IMG/VR virus record: IMGVR_UViG_3300007345_000027
Coordinates: 33,090-97,089 of that record
Strand: one strand, 5' to 3'
DNA from: a virus
Length of the DNA: 64,000 nt
Below are positions 7,795-18,163 of the stretch, one piece after another. The notes beneath the pieces were generated by a model. It did no database searches and had not been told where the DNA came from. It saw only the letters and a list, made by a program, of their open reading frames with translations. The translations under genes were made by a program, and so were the position numbers. Each line of letters starts with the position of its first letter. Within the stretch, counting starts at the first letter, position 1.

Positions 7795-10312
7795 CCAAAT
7801 CTATAGAGCACCATCTCTTCCCAAAATTAGTAGAAGAAATATAAATTCTTCTTTAAATCGTGGTGCTTTAGGATCTGGTATAAGTCTTAAAAAAAGTAGT
7901 TTTAGTTTTAAACAACTAACACCAAAAATTACACCTAGTAAATTAGTTTCTGAAAAGAGTGAAAATCAAGAATCACGTGGTATAGTTAAATATATTCAGT
8001 CTAATTTAAATATATTTAAAGTTTTAGAAGAATCTAATAAGTTACTTTCTCAAATTAGAGAGCAGTTAAGTTTAGATTATGATGAAAGGATAAAGGAAAG
8101 AAATGAAAATTTAAGACTATCGAAAAAAAGGATAGCAAAAAATAAAATTAATGAAAAAGAAAAGAGGATAGAAAGTCGGGGTAAATCTTTAATTGGTAGT
8201 GCATTAAATACTGTAATAGCACCTGCTAAAAGTATATTCCAAAGAATTTTAGATTTTCTTTCTATAATAATAACTGGTATAGTACTCAATACTGCCTTTA
8301 AATGGTTATCTGAGAAAGAAAACCAAGAAAAATTACAGCAGTTCTTTAATTTCTTAAAAGATTACTGGAAAGAATTACTAGTAGTTTTTGGTGCAGTAAA
8401 ATTACTTGGATTAGTTAAAAAATTATACAAAATTGGAAGAGGTCTTAGATCTCTCTTTGAAAATAGACTTAAAACACCTAGGGTTCAACCACCAAAATTC
8501 CCTTTAGAAGATCTTTGTGCAAAGCTTCCAAACTGTATCAAAGAACCATCTCCAGAACTGTCATCTGCGTTGGAAGCGCAAATGCAGGCAGCAATTAGTA
8601 AAACAGATTATAAACCTATTTTTACAGGTATTTTTAATGGACTTCTGGGTTTGGGAGCTATTGAAATATTAAGACAACTTATAGAGATTAGTAATCCATT
8701 AACTGCACTTGCCAAAGCTTCTGAATCTAGTGCTTCGGCTTCACCACTAAAACCTAAAGAGACGCCACCGATAGAAGAAGTAACAAAATCCGAACCTACA
8801 CCATTAGAAATAATAAGAAGAAAGGCAATACCAGTAGGAGTTCAAGAATATGTTAATCCTTTACTTAAAAAATATTACAATGATCGTACTATTTTTGGAC
8901 AAACAAAAACACAAAGTGTTCAAACTCCAATGGGTCAATTGATCGTTGAACCAACATCAAAAAATATATTCACTGGGGATGACACACCCAAATTCAGATT
9001 TATAAGCAAAGAAGAACAGGATTATAAAGCTCAACAAACTCAGTTGATGTTAGATAATCCGTGGATTAAAACCTTCTTCGGAGCTCAAACTGCATTAGAT
9101 TATGCAGGTATGATTATGGCTGGAAGACCTGGAAGGGGAGTGAGACCGAAATCTCCTTTTACAAGTCTTAGATCTGCCAACCTAAGCAAATTTAAAGTTG
9201 CTGTTAGAAATCGTTTAGGGCAATTAAAACTTAAACTACCAGATCGTCAGGCAGATAGAGTAGTCATAGCAGCTGAAAAAGAAGTACAATCTCCAGCATT
9301 TCATAGAGCTCTCTTACAACAAAGAGCAAAAGAAGGTAGATTGGTAGTAGATGAAAATGTTGTTCTTGATGAGGTATTAAAACGTCTCATACAGAGAGAA
9401 TTATCTGGAACATCTGGTGGAAATCTTTTTGTTGGAGCACCTAAAGAAGTCAGACAACAGTTAGAGAGAATATATGCAAATAGTCCATCTGAAAAAGTAA
9501 ATGTTCAACCAGAAACCCAATTTAGAAGTATGGGTGGAACAGTATTTGGTTCAGGATCTCAAACAGTTGATAGTGTTCCTGCAATGCTTGCTCCTGGAGA
9601 AGAAGTTATTCGTTCATCAGCAGCAAATCCTTTCCGCCCACTTTTAAAGGATATTAATGATAATGCTGGAAGATTGTGGAAACAATTTACTGAAGCAACT
9701 ATCAACCAAGAAAAAATTAATGCAGTAACTAGAAGATCAAACAGGGTATTTAAAGATTTAATTACTGAATTTACTGAATTGTTTGATGAAGAGAAGCGAG
9801 AAATTTCTAAGAAAAATAGAAAGGAAAGAGCAAAAACAAATCCACCAAGTGGTGATCCACCAAGTGGTGGTGGATCACCAGGATTAAAATCTAAAATTAC
9901 TAGACCGAAAAGATCTAGACCTAAAAAAATGTCTGGACCAAGTATTCCAGCACCAAAATTTGTAAGTCAAAATAAACAATCACCATCAAGATCTCATTTT
10001 TCATCAGTTAATAATAGTATAAGACAACCCGTAACTAATAATATTGCTAAACCAGTAACAAATGTAAAAAATATTGTACAATCTCCTACAAGTACAACTG
10101 TCGTTCCATTTGTTATTGAAAAAGAAACTGGTTCTCCATCTGTTAATGTTGTTAATCTTGCGCCCAAGGTTTTAGATCTTTCTAAAAAATCTACACCAAA
10201 ACCAAGGACTACACAATCAGATGCTACATCTCCAATTCCTTCTATATCACCATTTGATTCTAATAATGACTTTAATTATACAGTCCCAGAAACTTTAGGT
10301 ATCTTGGTGTAA
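7784..10312 (+). CDS. tape-measure-like tail protein
   Basis: Helical, amphipathic N-terminal half; GGTVFGSGSQTVDSVPAMLAPGEEVI motif common in tape measure proteins; follows gp26/gp51; GTG start. Confidence 0.6.
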   Translation: MEINQIYRAPSLPKISRRNINSSLNRGALGSGISLKKSSFSFKQLTPKITPSKLVSEKSENQESRGIVKYIQSNLNIFKVLEESNKLLSQIREQLSLDYDERIKERNENLRLSKKRIAKNKINEKEKRIESRGKSLIGSALNTVIAPAKSIFQRILDFLSIIITGIVLNTAFKWLSEKENQEKLQQFFNFLKDYWKELLVVFGAVKLLGLVKKLYKIGRGLRSLFENRLKTPRVQPPKFPLEDLCAKLPNCIKEPSPELSSALEAQMQAAISKTDYKPIFTGIFNGLLGLGAIEILRQLIEISNPLTALAKASESSASASPLKPKETPPIEEVTKSEPTPLEIIRRKAIPVGVQEYVNPLLKKYYNDRTIFGQTKTQSVQTPMGQLIVEPTSKNIFTGDDTPKFRFISKEEQDYKAQQTQLMLDNPWIKTFFGAQTALDYAGMIMAGRPGRGVRPKSPFTSLRSANLSKFKVAVRNRLGQLKLKLPDRQADRVVIAAEKEVQSPAFHRALLQQRAKEGRLVVDENVVLDEVLKRLIQRELSGTSGGNLFVGAPKEVRQQLERIYANSPSEKVNVQPETQFRSMGGTVFGSGSQTVDSVPAMLAPGEEVIRSSAANPFRPLLKDINDNAGRLWKQFTEATINQEKINAVTRRSNRVFKDLITEFTELFDEEKREISKKNRKERAKTNPPSGDPPSGGGSPGLKSKITRPKRSRPKKMSGPSIPAPKFVSQNKQSPSRSHFSSVNNSIRQPVTNNIAKPVTNVKNIVQSPTSTTVVPFVIEKETGSPSVNVVNLAPKVLDLSKKSTPKPRTTQSDATSPIPSISPFDSNNDFNYTVPETLGILV

Positions 10313-10313
10313 T

Positions 10314-13004
10314 ATGGAAAGTACAAAGAGCGTAAAAAAATTAAAATTTAATATTCTTAATATAAATTCTTTGATTTTTTCAAAAAGAAAAAAAATATCG
10401 AAAATAAAAAAGGATGAAAAAAGATTTAATTTTATTCTTTTAGGTAAATCAAAACGTAAGAAAAAGGAAAACAAAATAGAAGCGGGAGCACAAAAGTCTG
10501 CATTGACTAATATTGCTACAAGATTGGTAGCAAAACCAAAGAGTATGATTGATAAGTTCAAAGAAGTTTTTGGTGTTATTATACTTGGTGTTTTAGTAAA
10601 TAATTTACCAACCCTTTTAAGGGGGTTACAGACTGCATTTACTACAATAAAGAAATTTTTTGAAGATAATCCTTGGTTAGGTCCAGCTATTGCAACAATA
10701 TTTGATATTGTTGTAAAAGGAATGAAAGGAATACTTGATTTAACAAAAGTTTTATTACCAATAATCGGTGGATCATTCCAAGCAGGACTTGATACGATTA
10801 GAGAAGCTGGAAAACTTATTAATGAAACTGATAAGATGTTAAAAGGATTAGATTTTGATATCTTTAATTTAATTAAAAATCCTGATGAAGATGATAAGAT
10901 TAAACAAGAATTGGCAGAGATAGAAGGAAAGTATTATTCAAGCACGACTAAGAAAGTATATGGTAGTTATTCTGAAGCACTTAAAGATCCTGCAGTAAAA
11001 GCTGTTGCTATTAAACCAGTAAAGGTAAAAGCACAACAAAAAATAAAAGCATCGGCTCCTGGTTACGATTCAAACACTGGAACTGTCTTCCTAAAAGATA
11101 AGAGTAAAGTAATCATGGCTCCTTTTCAGGGGAAAATGGGAGTTATGTCTCCTGGAGATAAGACTGGTACTGCAACCACAGCACCAGAATCTTGGCAGGG
11201 AATTGGTGAAGAGAAAGTATGGGATGCAAACGTAGAAAGATATGAATCTCAGCGTGCATACAATGATATACAAAAACTTTCAACTGGAGGAACAGTTACT
11301 GGTCAGAAAATGACAGTTTCTGGTGGATTAACTGGGAAAGCTAAAAGGGCAATCACATCTGTAAATTATTTTTCAAAATTAAAAACAAATACTGAAGAAT
11401 CTAGTAATATATCGAAAGAATATGAAGAAAATAATTCATTATTTAAGACTTTCATGCAGTCTTACAAATCTTTATTGAAACTAAAATATCCTAGAGAGAA
11501 AAGACCAGTAGGACGTTTACCATCCGATTACAAAGCGACTGAGCAACAGGCGTTTAAAGAGGAGGAATTGTGGAATAGAAAGAGGACTATTATTAGTCAA
11601 GATGCAACCGATGAACCTGGATATGAGATTACAGGTCCCAATCCTAATATGATTGCATTATTTGATGGTAAAGTTATACCACGTGGAATTGCTAATGATC
11701 CAGCAGACCCTGGATGGGACAAAGATCCTAGTAAAAAACGTGGATACGGAAATCATGTAATTATACGAAGTGAAGATCCAAATAATCCAGGAACTTATTT
11801 TGATGCACTATATGCCCATTTTCCTACAGGAGAACTGAAAGTTAAAGATGGGGATACTATTACTGCGGGACAAGTTTTAGGTAGAAAAGCAACAAGACAA
11901 GAATATCTAGATAAACCAAGAGAAGTTGGTAGTGGGACTGGACCACACCAGAGCGTTGATTTTTTCAAGGAAGGTGGACCTTATACTACTAAAGCAGGTG
12001 CATATCCTGGTTGGGCACGATTAAGACCATTAATAACAACTCAATTATTAGGTGGAGGTGGTCCTGGTCCTAATCAATTGAAACAAGGTGATATTATTGC
12101 TACTAATGCAAAAACATCTTATTATGATCCATCTTTGGGTGGAATTAATGCAAGTGGATATAAAACACCAGATGGATTACCAGCAACTTCTTCTGGTGAA
12201 GGTTATCGACCAGAATTATTTACTGCTGCAGCATTCCCAGAATTTTTGGCAAAACTTCCAAAATCTATGACTTATAGAGCAGATCCCAGATATATGCCTG
12301 GTGGTAGAACTTTATCTAGGGGTCAGGCTTTCAATGTTATCGTGACAAATACTAGAACAAATAAAACTGCAGTTGTACGTGTAAATGATGCAGGTTCTGG
12401 AGTACCAGGACACTCTAAAAATCATATGTTAGATTTTAGTGTTGCCACAAAAGATTATCTTGGAACTGGTGATGGCAATTACACTATTAAAATGGGATCA
12501 CCAACGATGAAACCAGGTCCATATAAATTAGAACCACCAAAACCAAAAACCAATTTACAGATAAGTGAAAATATCAAAAAAATGATATTAAGTATTGGAA
12601 AGGGTAATAATATGATATTTGGACAAGAAAATATAAATGTTGAAATAGATAGTAGTGGTAAACTCATAATCAAAGATACTAGAGGTGCATTTGGAACTGG
12701 ATTATTTCCAACTGAATATGAAACCACCAATGAAAAAAATAAAAAACTTTTGTTAAAAATTGAAAAATTGTTGGAACAGAGAATAAAAAACAATCAACAG
12801 ATAAGACCACAGCAAGGAATATCACCAGCTACTCCTGGATATGGTGGTGGTGATTCTGCATCAATAACTATATTGAAAGAAACAACCGTAGCTGTGGTTT
12901 CTGGTCCAACTGAAATTGTTGAAGTTCCTGTACAACAAGTTGTTCCATTTGTTATCACACCAAAGTCAGGATCTGGATTACGTAATAGATCCCTAATCTC
13001 TTAA
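10314..13004 (+). CDS. tail-associated protein with M23-peptidase-like and RlpA-like double-psi beta-barrel domains
   Basis: GYGNHVII...LYAHF...V..GD.I.AGQVLG...GTGPH (M23-like); TSYY...ATSSGE...TAA...VIVTN...VVRVND...MLDFS (RlpA/DPBB); N-terminus resembles the preceding gene. Confidence 0.7.
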   Translation: MESTKSVKKLKFNILNINSLIFSKRKKISKIKKDEKRFNFILLGKSKRKKKENKIEAGAQKSALTNIATRLVAKPKSMIDKFKEVFGVIILGVLVNNLPTLLRGLQTAFTTIKKFFEDNPWLGPAIATIFDIVVKGMKGILDLTKVLLPIIGGSFQAGLDTIREAGKLINETDKMLKGLDFDIFNLIKNPDEDDKIKQELAEIEGKYYSSTTKKVYGSYSEALKDPAVKAVAIKPVKVKAQQKIKASAPGYDSNTGTVFLKDKSKVIMAPFQGKMGVMSPGDKTGTATTAPESWQGIGEEKVWDANVERYESQRAYNDIQKLSTGGTVTGQKMTVSGGLTGKAKRAITSVNYFSKLKTNTEESSNISKEYEENNSLFKTFMQSYKSLLKLKYPREKRPVGRLPSDYKATEQQAFKEEELWNRKRTIISQDATDEPGYEITGPNPNMIALFDGKVIPRGIANDPADPGWDKDPSKKRGYGNHVIIRSEDPNNPGTYFDALYAHFPTGELKVKDGDTITAGQVLGRKATRQEYLDKPREVGSGTGPHQSVDFFKEGGPYTTKAGAYPGWARLRPLITTQLLGGGGPGPNQLKQGDIIATNAKTSYYDPSLGGINASGYKTPDGLPATSSGEGYRPELFTAAAFPEFLAKLPKSMTYRADPRYMPGGRTLSRGQAFNVIVTNTRTNKTAVVRVNDAGSGVPGHSKNHMLDFSVATKDYLGTGDGNYTIKMGSPTMKPGPYKLEPPKPKTNLQISENIKKMILSIGKGNNMIFGQENINVEIDSSGKLIIKDTRGAFGTGLFPTEYETTNEKNKKLLLKIEKLLEQRIKNNQQIRPQQGISPATPGYGGGDSASITILKETTVAVVSGPTEIVEVPVQQVVPFVITPKSGSGLRNRSLIS

Positions 13005-13008
13005 AGAC

Positions 13009-14328
13009 ATGCCATATAGTAATTCATCCCACTACAAACAAATATTAATTGGAAGACCAAAAGATAATACGGTAGTTCCTATTGAAGCAAAAACATTGGG
13101 ATTTAAGTATTATGAAAGTATTTTTTCTCCAATACTTACAGCATCATTAACATATTATGATGTTGGAGATCTTGTAAGAGCAAGTTCTAATGTTGATGTT
13201 CAAACAAGACTTGGAACACTACGAGATAGTTTACCAATTATTGGTAAGGGACAAGAATCTGTACAATTTTTTATTGAGAATGAATCTGGATTTTTAGATT
13301 TTAGGACAACTCCATTTAGAGTTTCAAATCCAACTCCGATTTCTCAAGACAGTCAATCTGAAACTGTTACTTTAAGTTTACTTTCAGAGTCTTCAGTTAT
13401 AAACGGAACTCACAAAAGTTTTAAGAGTTATCATAATACTATTTCTAGTTCTATTGAAAAAATATTAACAGATGAGTTGGGATTTCCAACAGAAAAAGTT
13501 TTTATAGATCAAACAAGTAATAGTGATTCTTTTCGTATGAATGGTAACAGACCATTTGATATTATTACTTCCATGGCGAAAAAATCTGTCTCTAGTACGG
13601 GTGGACCTGGATATTTTTTCTGGGAGACTCAAGATGGCATGAACTACAAATCAATTGATAGTATCATTCAATCAGATCCTGTTGCAACTTACACGCACAC
13701 AGATGTAATGTTCAATACTGATGATAGAAAAAATGATTTTAAGATATTAAAAGAACCTGTTTATCATAATAATAGTAATGTTTTGAGTAATATGTACTCT
13801 GGTATTTCTATGATAAAGGAAGCATCTTTTGATATGAGTACTTTTGGATATGTTGAAAAACAAGTACCATTAGCATCTTATGGACATAGTACTCTTGGAA
13901 ATAATATAGATTTTCAAGCTTTATATGATGATGAAGATAAAACTAATGTTAATTTTTCAAGAACTGTGTTTTCACTTGCAGATTCTGGATTCACTAATCC
14001 TGGAATAAGTTCATCTATTGTGAATGATAAAAAATTCTACCTATCAAGATCAATACAGAGATATAATTTATTAATGTCACACGTGATTGATATAATAGTT
14101 CCATGTAATTTAGCATTACATGCTGGTGATGTTATAAATTGTATTTTTCAGAAAATTTCTTTTGATAGTAAACATAAAGGTACCAAAAGTGAATTAAATA
14201 GTGGTAAATATATTATAACTCATTTATGCCATGATTTTAGACCTAGATCTTCATATACTTCTTTAAGAATAGTTCGGGACACACCTGGAATATATACAAA
14301 TACGGAGACAACTTCTAATGTCATTTAA
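13009..14328 (+). CDS. baseplate hub protein (gp27-like)
   Basis: YYESIFSP, GYFFWETQDG.NYKSID, LHAGDVI, SGKYIITHLCH, SLRIVRD; lies directly before the gp5 OB-fold gene. Confidence 0.65.
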   Translation: MPYSNSSHYKQILIGRPKDNTVVPIEAKTLGFKYYESIFSPILTASLTYYDVGDLVRASSNVDVQTRLGTLRDSLPIIGKGQESVQFFIENESGFLDFRTTPFRVSNPTPISQDSQSETVTLSLLSESSVINGTHKSFKSYHNTISSSIEKILTDELGFPTEKVFIDQTSNSDSFRMNGNRPFDIITSMAKKSVSSTGGPGYFFWETQDGMNYKSIDSIIQSDPVATYTHTDVMFNTDDRKNDFKILKEPVYHNNSNVLSNMYSGISMIKEASFDMSTFGYVEKQVPLASYGHSTLGNNIDFQALYDDEDKTNVNFSRTVFSLADSGFTNPGISSSIVNDKKFYLSRSIQRYNLLMSHVIDIIVPCNLALHAGDVINCIFQKISFDSKHKGTKSELNSGKYIITHLCHDFRPRSSYTSLRIVRDTPGIYTNTETTSNVI

Positions 14329-14824
14329 TCCAGATTTTGTTGGAAAAGCACCATTAAAATGGTTCATAGGTCAAGTTCCCTTGGGACAAACAATTAATAT
14401 TGAAAATCCTAAAGGGTGGGGTGATCGTGTTAAAGTTAGGATATTGGGTTATCACCCATCATTAGGTTCTGAACTTTCTGATGATGGGTTGGAATGGGCA
14501 GTGATCATGAGATCAACTAGTCATGGATCTCTAAATAGAAAGAGTGTTGGAATAACTGGTGGTGAATGGGTTGTCGGAGTATTTTTAAATGATGATCCAG
14601 AAAAACTATTACCTTTGATAGTAGGAGTTTTGGGGAGAAGTGATCCATCATACGAAATAACTGAAAGTGATCAAACATCGAAAAAAAGTGCAGAATTTAA
14701 AAAGACTAAAAATTGGTATAAAAGTGTGCAACCAGCTCTGTATCATATGATTAGTGGAAAAAAACCTGGTGAAAAAAGAGAGCAAACACCATTTCGTACA
14801 AGTAACAGTTTTTTTAGAAAATAA
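14318..14824 (+). CDS. gp5: gp5 N-terminal OB-fold protein (baseplate hub/spike)
   Basis: WFIGQV...RVKVRILGYH...LEWA...GEWVVGVFL..D...PLIVGVL. Confidence 0.8.
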   Translation: MSFNPDFVGKAPLKWFIGQVPLGQTINIENPKGWGDRVKVRILGYHPSLGSELSDDGLEWAVIMRSTSHGSLNRKSVGITGGEWVVGVFLNDDPEKLLPLIVGVLGRSDPSYEITESDQTSKKSAEFKKTKNWYKSVQPALYHMISGKKPGEKREQTPFRTSNSFFRK

Positions 14825-17544
14825 TGGCAAAAAGTAGAACACCAACAGATTATCTTAATAATGATTTAACAGGTAATTCTGTAAAAATTCCTAATAATGA
14901 AAAAATCAATATAATACAAGAAAATGGGTACTTTGATCCGAGTAAATTACCTGTATGTAGAACTTTAGCTCTTGATTCATATAGAGAGTTATGTGAGCTT
15001 CCACATGTTAAAGCTGCTCCATGTGGAAAAAATAATGCAGCAAATATATATGTTTCACTAAAAAAGTTTTTTATTTTTCTTAGAGGGTTGAAGAAATATG
15101 GAGATAAGTATATTAATGGAACTATAAAGGCAGTATCTAATTTACAAAGCGAAATAAGAGCAACAATATCAGAAATAGTTGGAGTTCTTAAGGGCATTAC
15201 TCAAAGATCTAGAGAATGGGTTCTTAGAAAGATCAAGTCTGGTATTGATTATTTAATTTACTTAACAAATCCTCCACAAACCAAAGAAACGACCAAGTCA
15301 AAACTGGCAATTACACTTGATAAAGTATTTTGTAAATTTGATGATATTATTGATGGATTATTTAATTTAGTTGGAGATTTTTTATATTCATTTATAGGAA
15401 AAGTTATAAACGTTCCTTTTTGTTCTGTTGAAAATTATGTTAATGCAATATTAAATAAACTTCTTAATGATATCGATAGAGCAATGAAACCTTTTTTTGA
15501 TTCAATCAATAAGGAACTTGCTCCAGTATCAAGAGTTATGGGGTCTGTTTATCAGGCGATTAATTTTATATTGGGATTTGAAGGATTTTTATGTGAACAA
15601 CCAGAGTGTAATGAAGAATTAAAAGAATTTGCAGCTGGACCATTTGGTGGACCACAAAATACTAAAACTGATAATTGGTATAACTTTAGTTTTAGTGAAG
15701 GTATCTCTAAATCTGTTAATGGGTGGATGGATGACTTCTTTGGAGAAGGTGATCCAGAAAATCAGGGTGGATATGTTTCTCCAGGTGGTTGTTATAGTGG
15801 TTCTTTTGAATGTGGTGTTCAGGTTGAATTTTTTGGTGGAGGTGGAGCACAAGCTGTAGGTGGAGCTGTTGTTAATGCCATTGGAGAAATTGTTGGTGTT
15901 AATATGTTCTATCCAGGAAATGAATATGAATCAACTCCATTTATGTCCTTTGTAGATCCTGGTGGATGTGGTGTTGGTGGAAATGGATATCCAATTTTGG
16001 AAGGTGGTGAAGTAACTGATGTTGTAATTACAAATCCAGGAATTGGATATACTAATCAAATTAGACCTCAACCAGTAATTAGAAGTTTAGAATCTGTTCC
16101 AAGAGATGTTGAAGTTAATAATACAGTAACTATTAGATGGGAAACATCAAATGCGGATAAAGTAAGATTAAATGTTCAAGGTCTTGGAGATTTACCTGCT
16201 AATGGAAGTCGTACAATAAACATATCAGAAGATGATGTTAATTTTCCTGCTGGTTCCAATGAAACTGAAAAAATATATCAACTTACAGCGATAAAAACTT
16301 TTTCTGATCATCCACAGAATGAAACTAAAAATGATATCTCAGTTAGGGTATTTAAAAATGATGTTCCAGGAGATCCTGGAGATCCTATCAATACAGATCC
16401 ACCGTCAATAGACTCATTTGCGGCAGAACCAGAAGATTCTGTTGTAGGAAACACAGTTAAGTTTATTTGGAGTACTAGTAATGCAACTCAAGTTTCTTTA
16501 GGTAGTTATAATCAACAGTCTGATACATCTGAAACAATATACAGTGGATTAGTTCCTAATGGATCAGCATCTTTAGTTATTCCACTTGATACCGAATTTG
16601 CTGAAGGTGAAACAACCAAAGAATTGTATTATATTCTTACCGCATTAAATACAAAAGCTTTATCTATTGAAAATACTGCTGTTGAAGTAATTCAAATTAT
16701 CGTATCAAAATTAGAAGATCCTACAGTTCCCGAGGATCCTACAGATCCACCAGATCCCCCAGGTTCCGATGATCCTGAGGATGTAACTGGTGTACCAGGT
16801 ACCGATCCAGACCCAGATCCAGACCCCGATCCAGATCCAGACCCCGATCCAGACCCCGATCCAGATCCAGACCCCGATCCAGATGTTGAAGATCCTACTG
16901 GTGATCCAGACCCAGATCCAAATCCAGACCCAAATCCAGACCCAGATCCAGATAATGATCCAACTGGTGATCCAAATAATCCAATTCCATCTGGTGGTGG
17001 TGGAAGTAATGAAGTACCAACTGGTAGTACAACCAGTACTTCACCTACAGGTGGCGGTGGAACGGGTGAACCATCTGGTGGTGATGATGATGGTGAAACT
17101 GATTCCAATCAAGACGGAGATGGTAGAGATCAGAATATAATAAATCTACCAGGATTAATTGCATCGATTGATGATGATCCTGATGAAGATCAAGTTCCTG
17201 AAGATTCGTCACAAGTAGTTTCTGAAATCAGTAGAATTATAATTGTTAGCACTGGAACTGGATATGATGAAGAAGATACCGTTGAAGTAGATGGAGATCT
17301 TGAAGATCAACCAGAGTTTGAACTTGAAGTTTCTCCAGATGGTGAAATAGTTGATATTAGAATTGTATCATCACCAAGAGGATACACAGTTCTCCCAGAT
17401 ATTACAATAAATAGTAGAAATGGAGTAGGAGCTAAGTTTAGAACAGTGCTTAAATTCACACCCATTTCTGCTCTTGAACAGGAAGAATTGGATGCTATTG
17501 GTACAGATAAATTGTTAACCGTAATTGATTGTATTTCAAGATGA
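14824..17544 (+). CDS. baseplate hub-associated protein with two Ig-like inserts and an Asp-Pro linker
   Basis: Cys-studded helical N-terminus, FFGGGG..A.G.AVVN..GEIVGV beta repeats, C-terminal LLTVIDCI typical of cyanophage gp5-region proteins. Confidence 0.55.
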   Translation: MAKSRTPTDYLNNDLTGNSVKIPNNEKINIIQENGYFDPSKLPVCRTLALDSYRELCELPHVKAAPCGKNNAANIYVSLKKFFIFLRGLKKYGDKYINGTIKAVSNLQSEIRATISEIVGVLKGITQRSREWVLRKIKSGIDYLIYLTNPPQTKETTKSKLAITLDKVFCKFDDIIDGLFNLVGDFLYSFIGKVINVPFCSVENYVNAILNKLLNDIDRAMKPFFDSINKELAPVSRVMGSVYQAINFILGFEGFLCEQPECNEELKEFAAGPFGGPQNTKTDNWYNFSFSEGISKSVNGWMDDFFGEGDPENQGGYVSPGGCYSGSFECGVQVEFFGGGGAQAVGGAVVNAIGEIVGVNMFYPGNEYESTPFMSFVDPGGCGVGGNGYPILEGGEVTDVVITNPGIGYTNQIRPQPVIRSLESVPRDVEVNNTVTIRWETSNADKVRLNVQGLGDLPANGSRTINISEDDVNFPAGSNETEKIYQLTAIKTFSDHPQNETKNDISVRVFKNDVPGDPGDPINTDPPSIDSFAAEPEDSVVGNTVKFIWSTSNATQVSLGSYNQQSDTSETIYSGLVPNGSASLVIPLDTEFAEGETTKELYYILTALNTKALSIENTAVEVIQIIVSKLEDPTVPEDPTDPPDPPGSDDPEDVTGVPGTDPDPDPDPDPDPDPDPDPDPDPDPDPDVEDPTGDPDPDPNPDPNPDPDPDNDPTGDPNNPIPSGGGGSNEVPTGSTTSTSPTGGGGTGEPSGGDDDGETDSNQDGDGRDQNIINLPGLIASIDDDPDEDQVPEDSSQVVSEISRIIIVSTGTGYDEEDTVEVDGDLEDQPEFELEVSPDGEIVDIRIVSSPRGYTVLPDITINSRNGVGAKFRTVLKFTPISALEQEELDAIGTDKLLTVIDCISR
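16804..16953 (+). repeat. coding tandem repeat (GAY CCN)n encoding (Asp-Pro)13 plus a second DP/NP run
   Basis: Directly visible at 16804-16881 and 16903-16953. Confidence 0.95.
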
Positions 17545-18152
17545 CAACACCACCATCAAATCCAGCACCAGATTATACAATTGCAAATAATCCACATGCT
17601 TATGTTCATTGTGGTCCCATAGGACCAGGATCACAGGATGATGGTAGAGATTTTTGTATTATTACATCAACAAATAATCACTGTGTTTATCATAAAGATG
17701 GATCTAAAGTTGAACATATACAAGACGCATGGCACGAAGTTTCTGGTCATAGTATAGATGGAACAAAAAAAGAAGCTATTGCAAGATCTATCGTTGCCAA
17801 AAACGGTGATTTAATTATTAATGCTGAAAGAGGAAATATACATCTTAAAGCAAAAAATATTCATATCGAAACAACAGGTGAAAAAAATCAAGGAAATTTT
17901 TTAGTATCTTCAAATGGGCATGTAATCATAGCTTCAACAAAGGAAGTGCGTATTGCTGCATCTAGATTATGTCTAAATGGAACTAGTGGAGTAAATATAG
18001 TTACAGAAAACTTTGTAAATGTAATGGGATTATTAGAACAATTTCCTCCTCAATCAATGACAAAATCGATTACATCATTACTTCAAGGAAATTGGGAATC
18101 TTTGTTAAAGGGTCTATCCCAGTCATGTGGATCTACAGGAACAGTAAAATAA
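17541..18152 (+). CDS. gp5-region beta-strand-rich baseplate spike-associated protein
   Basis: ATG at 17541 overlaps the upstream stop; IVAKNGDLIINAERGNIHLKAKNIHIE beta-helix-like repeats. Confidence 0.55.
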   Translation: MTTPPSNPAPDYTIANNPHAYVHCGPIGPGSQDDGRDFCIITSTNNHCVYHKDGSKVEHIQDAWHEVSGHSIDGTKKEAIARSIVAKNGDLIINAERGNIHLKAKNIHIETTGEKNQGNFLVSSNGHVIIASTKEVRIAASRLCLNGTSGVNIVTENFVNVMGLLEQFPPQSMTKSITSLLQGNWESLLKGLSQSCGSTGTVK

Positions 18153-18163
18153 AATAATATATT

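Noticed and set aside
16692-17140. Alternative-frame ORFs with (GS)n and (IQT)n repeats
   Set aside because: Reading-frame by-products of the Asp-Pro repeat.
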